DNA of 64,000 nt from Cyanophora paradoxa CCMP329 (lineage: Eukaryota; Plantae; Glaucophyta). Positions 57,058-64,000 of this stretch are shown one piece after another. Location of the stretch: positions 248,001-312,000 of the forward strand of contig QPMI01000058.1 of assembly GCA_004431415.1 (NCBI GenBank). Direction: 5' to 3'. The notes under the pieces are model-generated. The model had not been told where the DNA came from. It saw nothing but the letters and a program-made list of their open reading frames with translations, and did not search any database. The first letter of the stretch is position 1; each line of letters starts with the position of its first letter. The translations under genes and the position numbers were made by a program.

Positions 57058-58629
57058 TCACTCACGCTCCGCCGCAGGGCGCGCGGGTGGAGCCGCTGAG
57101 CTAGAGGGCGCGGGAAGCGCAGAGCTCGAGCGAGCAGCCCGTGTGGGGGGGTCGGGGCAGGCACTGTGGTGGTGCCCTGCCTCGCCGCAGCGACCGCAGA
57201 CTTCGTCTGGGTCCTGGTTTCCCTCGTCGGACCAGTACTCGTGCTTGTTGGCAGCATCCTCTTGGGATCGCTTTTGCCGATAGTACTGGCCGCGGCGGAC
57301 CCAGGGGCGTACTGGGGCGAACGGGGTGCGCTTGGGGCACACATTTGCCCAATGACGTCGCGCCTCAACGGGGACGCTGGGGTCATCCGAGCACCCGTAG
57401 CAGTCTGAGGGGGGGTACTCCGGGTACCCGAGCTCGGACATGCGCCGCAGCACCTCCGCAACAGCGGCAGGCGAGCGGGACTGCACGGCCCAAGAGGACC
57501 CACGTGCAGAAATCGAGGGCTGGGCCGTGGAATTTGCATCCCGAGGCTCAGCAGGGCCAAGGGAGCTCGAGGCTCGTGCAGCGGCAGGGGTGCCGGCGGA
57601 CGAGGACTCATCCTCGGCAAACTGTGCCTGCAGGATACGGGTCCGTTTTGCCTCGGGCAGCTCGCGATCGGCAGCTGCCAGCGCAGGCGGGAACACGGCG
57701 CGGCAGCCGTGGCGCTTGCACTGCTCGACGAAAATATTGTCAAGCTCAAGCGGCGAGATAGCGCCGTTATTGGCGAGGAGGCGCTGCCGCAGCGCCGTGA
57801 GGAACTCGCGCAGCGTGCGCTCGTTCGCCTGGGCGAACCCGGCCATCCGAACATCAAGGTTCTGATATTCAGGGTCCTCGCTCGTCGAGCGGGCCTCGAG
57901 CGCGGTGCGCAGGCAGTCCGCGTAGTACGCAGCAAACTGCTGGCCCGGCGGCAGCGTGTGCCGTACGAGGGGCAAGAACCAGTCGTGCCACGAGCGGGGG
58001 TCCTCACCCGTGTACGGCTCAGTGAGAGCCCGGCGGGCCGCGTGCGGGCGGGTCTCATGAATCCACGCAGTGATCGTGTCAAGCAGCCCGGGGGCACGCA
58101 AGTACGAGTCGCGCACGGCCACGATTGAGGCCTGATCACGCACGCAGCTCTGCTGCAGCGCGAGGATAGCAGCATCATCCTCGGCGGACCGCAGGTCTGC
58201 CGGGACAGCTTCGAGACGAGCGAGCCTGGTGCGGTCATGCTCGAGGGCAGTGACAGAGGCCTCATAGAGGTCGCGCTTGCGCTCAATCTCAGCGCGGAGA
58301 GCTCCGGGGCGGATCCGCCCAACAATCACTCCGGCTAGCGCCTCTGACTTTGAGTACTCCTGGCTACCGGCAGAATCCGGGCCAAACAAGTACTTAGTCG
58401 GCAGGGACGACTGGAAGTTCCGCACGTCCTTCCGGAACCGGTCGCCATCGGCGAGGCGAGGATTTGCAGGCAGGAATGCGATCCGCACGGGATCATCATC
58501 CGCCGCAGCGGAGCCAGCAGCGAGTTGCTGCACATGCACAGCAGCATAGCCCTGGGCGGGCTCGATGTGCGCGAGGGCAGACAGCCGGCTACGGACTTCA
58601 GAACTGATCAGTTCAGAAGTGTTCGACAT
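57058..58629 (-). CDS. gag: Gag-like protein with zinc knuckles
   Basis: 523 aa from ATG 58629; canonical CX2CX4HX4C (CGRCGEAGHHHSAC) plus variant CX2CX12HX4C; sense to PBS/PPT. Confidence 0.8.
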   Translation of the reverse strand: MSNTSELISSEVRSRLSALAHIEPAQGYAAVHVQQLAAGSAAADDDPVRIAFLPANPRLADGDRFRKDVRNFQSSLPTKYLFGPDSAGSQEYSKSEALAGVIVGRIRPGALRAEIERKRDLYEASVTALEHDRTRLARLEAVPADLRSAEDDAAILALQQSCVRDQASIVAVRDSYLRAPGLLDTITAWIHETRPHAARRALTEPYTGEDPRSWHDWFLPLVRHTLPPGQQFAAYYADCLRTALEARSTSEDPEYQNLDVRMAGFAQANERTLREFLTALRQRLLANNGAISPLELDNIFVEQCKRHGCRAVFPPALAAADRELPEAKRTRILQAQFAEDESSSAGTPAAARASSSLGPAEPRDANSTAQPSISARGSSWAVQSRSPAAVAEVLRRMSELGYPEYPPSDCYGCSDDPSVPVEARRHWANVCPKRTPFAPVRPWVRRGQYYRQKRSQEDAANKHEYWSDEGNQDPDEVCGRCGEAGHHHSACPDPPTRAARSSSALPAPSSSAAPPARPAAERE

Positions 58630-59107
58630 ATTGCTCTCTTTGCAGCGTATAGCCACGAGAACAGAATGCCAGGGCGCAAGATTTGATCTGCAGCGCACTG
58701 CAGATCCGGGACACGGTCTTCTCGTGGCGTGCGAGAACCGACTCAGGGACACTCAGAGAACTGCCGCTGGCAGACTCCGGGGCACAGTTTGCGACGCGAA
58801 GCGTGCAACCGGCGAAGGGACACAGACAATGATTGAGACTCTCGCGAGAGCTCGTGCGTGCGCTTCGGTCTGGGGATGCACCGAAGCCCGCGAGGGACAC
58901 TAGAGTCACTTCCGAAGCACAATCAGCCCGCCCAGAGGCGACGCGGCCGAAGTGTGCAGCGTAGCACGCCACAAGTGGCGGTCGCCCGGAAAGCTCGTCC
59001 CGGATCTCTCTAAGCTTATGCGAGGCGGCGCGGCGAGGCGCGCGGCGCGGGCAGAGCCTGGAAGTCCAGCGACCCTTGAAGGTTCGATTCCGGCAGAATG
59101 GCGCCTC

Positions 59108-59755
59108 CGTTGCTGTTGCAGCGTGTGCCTTTGCAGCTAACGTGCTGCACAATCGCGATGAGGGCAGGGCCCCCTCGGCTTCCGTCCCCTTCCGCTCGCC
59201 TCGTGCGGGTTGCCTGGGCCGCCGGCCCGAAGTTGGACCTCGCCCCCTGGGCACTACACGCTGGAGTCGTGCCGGCACTTGCCGGGCATCAGTCTTTTCT
59301 ATTCCCGGCAGTCGACGCCGGGCATGGACATGTACATAGCCGGACTTGGTGTCTTTTCTATTCCCGGCAGTTGCCGGCCACGGACGGACGTTGAGCCTTT
59401 TTCGATTCCCGGCAGTAGCCGGTTGATATGTATTTATTTAGACCCGCGCGGACGCGGGATCCGAGAGGAGGAGTTGTCGCATCCGACATTATAGCGGATG
59501 CTCATTTATATGTGAGCCGCTAGGGCTCTAGATCACGTCAGCCTTCGAGCTGCTGGACCGACGGCGCCTAGGCTAGTTAGAGCGCCGCGGTCACTTGTAT
59601 TCGTGTCGGGGTACGCCGTATCTGGACGGGTACACCCAGTGAGTTGGATCTTAGCGACGACAGCAGTGACACTCGCCATTCCCCGCCCTGCCGAGCTTGC
59701 ACTCCGCACGGGCTTCCCGCGCGCACGATTAGACACACTAATCTCGCACGCGACA
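59108..59755 (+). repeat. 648-bp inverted copy of 54219-54866 (3' region, PPT and third LTR at 59475-59755)
   Basis: Reverse complement of 54219-54866; followed directly by a PBS at 59756. Confidence 0.95.
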
Positions 59756-61004
59756 GGCGCCACTGCCGGGAATTTGATCGAGCTTGAGCTCTCTTTTACA
59801 ACGCGCCCCCGGCCTCTTCCCCCTCCGTTCCGAAATCCCGTCCGCGGGATCCGAACCGGGGATCTTGGCTCGTAGAGCAACAGCTCTACCAACTGAGCCA
59901 AGAGGGCCGTTCCGATGTGAGACTCGCGTCTCGGCGCCTGGTGCGCCACTGCCGGGAATTTGATCGAGCTTGAGCTCTCTTTTACAACGCGCCCCCGGCC
60001 TCTTCCCCCTCCGTTCCGAAATCCCGTCCGCGGGATCCGAACCGGGGATCTTGGCTCGTAGAGCAACAGCTCTACCAACTGAGCCAAGAGGGCCGTTCCG
60101 ATGTGAGACTCGCGTCTCGGCGCCTGGTGCGCCACTGCCGGAATTTGATCGAGCTTGAGCTCTCTTTTACAACGCGCCCCGGCCTCTTCCCCCTCCGTTC
60201 CGAAATCCCGTCCGCGGGATCCGAACCGGGATCTTGGCTCGTAGAGCAACAGCTCTACCAACTGAGCAAGAGGGCCGTTCCGATGTGAGACTCGCGTCTC
60301 GGCGCCTGGTGCGCCACTGCCGGGAATTTGATCGAGCTTGAGCTCTCTTTTACAACGCGCCCCCGGCCTCTTCCCCTCCGTTCCGAAATCCGTCCGCGGA
60401 TCCGAACCGGGGATCTTGGCTCGTAGAGCAACAGCTCTACCAACTGAGCCAAGAGGGCCGTTCCGATGTGAGACTCGCGTCTCGGCGCCTGGTGCGCCAC
60501 TGCCGGGAATTTGATCGAGCTTGAGCTCTCTTTTACAACGCGCCCCCGGCCTCTTCCCCTCCGTTCCGAAATCCCTTAGAGGCCGGGGCGCGTTGTAAAA
60601 GAGAGCTCAAGCTCGATCAAATTCCCGGCAGTGGCGCACCAGGCGCCGAGACGCGAGTCTCACATCGGAACGGCCCTCTTGGCTCAGTTGGTAGAGCTGT
60701 TGCTCTACGAGCCAAGATCCCCGGTTCGGATCCGCGGACGGGATTTCGGAACGGAGGGGAAGAGGCCGGGGGCGCGTTGTAAAAGAGAGCTCAAGCTCGA
60801 TCAAATTCCCGGCAGTGGCGCACCAGGCGCCGAGACGCGAGTCTCACATCGGAACGGCCCTCTTGGCTCAGTTGGTAGAGCTGTTGCTCTACGAGCCAAG
60901 ATCCCCGGTTCGGATCCGCGGACGGGATTTCGGAACGGAGGGGAAGAGGCCGGGGGCGCGTTGTAAAAGAGAGCTCAAGCTCGATCAATTCCCGCAGTGG
61001 CGCC
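59756..61004. repeat. Array of ~185-bp PBS/tRNA-like units: ~4.4 units on + (59756-60575), ~2.3 units on - (60578-61004)
   Basis: Unit period 182-186 bp; orientation flips at TT 60576-60577. Confidence 0.95.
60673..60743 (+). ncRNA. tRNA-derived pseudo-tRNA / Pol III promoter (also 60857-60927 on +, and four copies on -, the first at 59836-59907)
   Basis: Box A TGGCTCAGTTGG with intact D-arm GCTC..GAGC; box B-like GGTTCGGATCC; TAC at the anticodon position; acceptor, anticodon and T stems pair poorly. Confidence 0.6.
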
Positions 61005-61285
61005 TGTCGCGTGCGAGATTAGTGTGTCTAATCGTGCGCGCGGGAAGCCCGTGCGGAGTGCAAGCTCGGCAGGGCGGGGAATGGCGAGTGTCACTGCTGT
61101 CGTCGCTAAGATCCAACTCACTGGGTGTACCCGTCCAGATACGGCGTACCCCGACACGAATACAAGTGACCGCGGCGCTCTAACTAGCCTAGGCGCCGTC
61201 GGTCCAGCAGCTCGAAGGCTGACGTGATCTAGAGCCCTAGCGGCTCACATATAAATGAGCATCCGCTATAATGTCGGATGCGACA
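61005..61285 (-). repeat. 5' LTR (281 bp), followed on - strand by PBS GGCGCCACTGC(C)GGGAAT
   Basis: The PBS complement reads ...CCCGG-CAGTGGC-G-CC, fitting T-stem, acceptor, discriminator and CC(A) of a tRNA similar to plant tRNA-Asp as I recall it. Confidence 0.9.
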
Positions 61286-61723
61286 AGTTGTCTGTTAGAT
61301 TTCAATGACGACGTCGACCAATCAGATTTCGATGACGATTTCGAAGAGTGATGATTGTTGTATTCGATACGCAACATCAGTGATTGTTGTATTCGATACT
61401 AAACTCGTACTCTGGTTTGACTTTCGATGATTTCGATGATGTCCATGATTGTTGATGCAGATAGAATTATGAATCAGTGTTGAGGTCGATGGAACTCTGC
61501 GAATGAGTGTTGATGTCGATAGGTTGCAGAAGACTCATTGATGATGCAGATGAAATTTCCTGATTGCCTTTGACGCGAACGGAATTTCCGGTAAAAAAGT
61601 GTATATATATGTGCATATATACACGAACTACCGGAAGTACGGAAATAATCGTAACTCTTCACCAGATCATCGCCTCTAAAATCTGAAAAAAGCGCCGGAA
61701 CGCTCGTGAAAAGCGCTCTCCAT

Positions 61724-62456
61724 CTACACCGTTATCGTTGTCGGCTCGTTACTTATTCGTATTGATACTCTCTTTTTTATCGCTCGTCGCTTCACAAACT
61801 TGCGAAAAGCCTTCATATCATCATCTGTTAAAATCGCCCGATCTGTATAGGTCTTTATATCATAACCTTGCAGTCCAGTTATGACTGTTTGGTAATTGTA
61901 ACCCAAAGTCTATGTAGTTCTTTATAAGTCTTCTTGTCCAATCCACCGTTATATTCATCGAATGCACAGTTAAACTCTTTTTCGTTCCCAAGAATATTGA
62001 AAAATACCACGAATTCCACGTTACGACGAATTGTAGTAGAAATAGAGCATATACGTTGGACATTGAAAATAACAGTTATACCATAATGTCTTCCACTTGT
62101 TACCAGTTTAGATAACACAGCTGAGTTATGCATATCCAAATTAGATCCAATCATGTCATCTAAAATAATTACCAAACTATTACGCTTCTCATTGTTCTCG
62201 ATTCGTTTCTTTTGCATACTAATGAGTTTCACTACTACATTATCATCCATTCCTCGTAGATGTTATCGGATGCGTAATATCTCTGAATTGACCAGTGAAC
62301 GCAGTGGAACTAAATATAACAATCTGATCGATCTTATCCCGCAGTTCATAAAGTAGATATTTACAATACGTTGTCTTCAGATTAGAGCCCAGCAAGAAGG
62401 AGTTTAGCTGTTTTTACCGGGTCGAATTCGGTAATATCGTTTAAATCTATATCCAT
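61724..62456 (-). pseudogene. A32-like packaging ATPase with several frameshifts
   Basis: LVIILDDMIG and SGRHYGITVIFNVQ; Walker A collapsed to LLGSNLKTT; coding split over several frames from ATG 62456. Confidence 0.8.
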
Positions 62457-62592
62457 TTACTGTGTGTCCGTTACAGTAATAAGATAAAAAACAAAATCAC
62501 ACGCTAACCTATACGCAATTCGCAGGCTTCCTACTTTAAAGAACGAAAAGAACTTTACTTCCTTCGGTCGTTGCGCGCGGGCGAAACCGCGC

Positions 62593-63818
62593 TTAGAAGT
62601 TAGAAACTTTCAGTGTGGAAATGTTATAGCCATTGAGAACCATGACATTGTGACGGAGCGCGTAAATATCTACCTGAACCGGCGCCGCATCAGTGCAACC
62701 GGAAACAGTCAGATCCATGTACGAACTTGAAGAGTTGAAGAAATCTTGGTATCCCATGACGGAGTTGTGGAGGGAATCCTTGCCGCTCTTGCTGAGAACA
62801 ATTCCGTAAACATTACCAGCCTCAAATCCATAAGAGACATTACCAACTGTAACACCCTTATAATGAGTAGGAATGTGATTAATAGCGGAGAGGAAACCGC
62901 TAATTGGTTTGTTGGAAATATCGAGCGAACGGTTGTTGTGGAAGATTTGGAACTGATCAATTTTAACATCCGAAACGTGACCACAAAAGTCAGAGTGAGT
63001 GTAAGTATTGAGTTTGTTTACCTCACGTACCGTCATCAGAACACTGTGAACCAGACCAGAAACATTAGCAAGCGTCACCTCGACGGTTTCCCAGCATCGG
63101 CAGTTTTCAGCGCACGAGTCTTCTTGTGGATCACCTCAGTAATAGGGATACGAATACCGCCTTGCTCATTTGCCGTCTTTAACAGAGTCTCAGCCTCCGC
63201 AGAAGCAATATTAACGAATTGACAGATGAGGGAACAGTCTGCAATGATTGCCGATCCACCAGCAGGGACTTCGACTATTCCAACATCGCGGAAATCAACC
63301 TCAATCGTGGGCATATCCGCCAGAACGCAAAGAGGGAAATAGGCATCATCCCAGAATTGTGCGGGAATTCTTACAATGTACTCCATTGATTCATTGGTGC
63401 TGTCACGATCGATTTCCTTGAAGAAACCAAGAGAAGCATGCAGACTACCCATGGTAGAATGATCAGTATCAATAAGGGCATTCACAGTAATCCAATCACC
63501 GGGGATGATGTACTTAAACCCACCATGTACGAAGCGGATCTCATTGATGAATGAAGCGCCGCCATTGGGAAGAGTGCAAGCAACACCACCACCAGTGGTC
63601 ACTTTGAAATAAAGCGAAACGCCACTGAGGAGTTGCTTGCGTGGGAGATCGAAGTAAGCGGTCGTCTTAAACCCAAAGGTATTACCGCGTGGACGGACTT
63701 GTTCGAGGAATGGTTTGTATTTGGGGTTGGTTCCGATTTGGAGACCGGGTGATAGGTAAATTTGATCCGATCCGGGAGTTACAAGGAGTTCCTTTAAAGT
63801 TGTCCCAGCAAGCGACAT
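62593..63818 (-). CDS. Double-jelly-roll major capsid protein of PLV-B with one frameshift near 63090
   Basis: ORFs 63075-63818 and 62593-63078 align end to end with the PLV-A MCP (LKELLVTP/LKEALTTP; FDLPR/FKLPR; VSGLV/ISGLV; NSSSSY/NSSSSF). Confidence 0.85.
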
Positions 63819-63870
63819 GTCTTATGTTTAAAATACGAAAAGAAAATTTTAAATTACAATATTAAACAGA

Positions 63871-64000
63871 ATGACGCGTCATTACCTTAATATTGATTCC
63901 AGAGACCGAGATGATGGAACCCCAACAAACTTAACTTATAAACTTCCCCATGCAATCCAAAAGGTTAAAGCGTGTCGTGTTACTAATTTCGAAATGTTCA
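63871..64000 (+). CDS. Minor capsid (penton) protein of PLV-B, 5' part
   Basis: MTRHYLNIDSRDRDDGTPTNLTYKLPHAIQKVKACRVTNFEMF matches the IDSRDR penton N-terminus; divergent from the MCP. Confidence 0.8.
   Translation, partial: MTRHYLNIDSRDRDDGTPTNLTYKLPHAIQKVKACRVTNFEMF

Larger units (their letters stand above)
54219..61285 (-). mobile_element. Non-autonomous gag-only LTR retroelement
   Basis: Direct 281-bp LTRs TGTCGC...GCGACA at 54219-54499 and 61005-61285; TSD AGTTG at 54214-54218 and 61286-61290; PPT next to the 3' LTR; PBS next to the 5' LTR; gag ORF; no pol recognised. Confidence 0.92.
61291..64000 (-). mobile_element. Second endogenous Polinton-like virus PLV-B (opposite orientation, runs off window; probably also includes ~53600-54218)
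   Basis: MCP, ATPase and penton are homologous to but clearly divergent from PLV-A; the same GTGTATATAT..ATATATACAC palindrome lies on both sides of the LTR insertion. Confidence 0.85.

Noticed and set aside
54219-59755. DIRS/Ngaro tyrosine-recombinase retrotransposon (inverted repeats around gag, inside a virus)
   Set aside because: TG...CA LTRs, a 5-bp TSD, PBS and PPT indicate an integrase-type LTR element; no YR or RT ORF is seen.
59756-61004. CRISPR-like array or functional tRNA gene cluster
   Set aside because: The units are near-identical with no unique spacers and no cas genes; the tRNA-like heads have broken acceptor, anticodon and T stems.
59756-61004. Retrozyme with hammerhead ribozymes
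   Set aside because: No CUGANGA...GAAA core found by eye in the unit on either strand.
62575-62592. Hairpin after the PLV-B MCP stop as a giant-virus-type polyadenylation signal
   Set aside because: Only a 6-bp stem, and no equivalent noticed after the PLV-A genes.
63085-63095. Programmed -1 frameshift at GGGAAAC in the PLV-B MCP
   Set aside because: The heptamer is not in the X XXY YYZ phase, the PLV-A homologue is continuous, and nearby genes have similar indels.

Overview
The window has two very different halves. Bases 1-~38,990 are GC-rich, intron-dense eukaryotic nuclear DNA. A plastid-type transit peptide on an HCF107/Mbb1-like gene suggests a photosynthetic protist, possibly a glaucophyte (inference). 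This half carries SGT1 (partial), an SDR, an mTERF-like gene, a 2OG-Fe(II) oxygenase, the HCF107-like gene, a bZIP factor, a large WD40 / charged-helix / fimbrin gene, an ACAT/DGAT1-type MBOAT and small unknown genes. At 38,994 the composition switches abruptly to AT-rich, intronless DNA, starting with a perfect 28-bp hairpin. This is an endogenous Polinton-like virus (PLV-A) with two head-to-head penton genes, a double-jelly-roll MCP, an A32-type packaging ATPase, an AEP primase-SF3 helicase, iteron-like GGTGGGG modules and an exonuclease-degenerate, truncated, tandemly duplicated pPolB. A second, divergent, oppositely oriented relative (PLV-B: MCP, ATPase, penton start) runs off the window end. 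Inserted in the AT-rich DNA between them is a 7.07-kb gag-only LTR retroelement (54,219-61,285) with 281-bp TG...CA LTRs and a 5-bp TSD (AGTTG). It contains a third, inverted LTR, three extra internal copies of its polypurine tract, and three anti-PBS motifs in its 3' region. It also carries a palindromically arranged array of ~185-bp units, each pairing a primer-binding site with an antisense tRNA-derived Pol III promoter. This retroelement and its viral host are the best candidates for an undescribed system. Host gene boundaries are manual estimates; no database searches were run.
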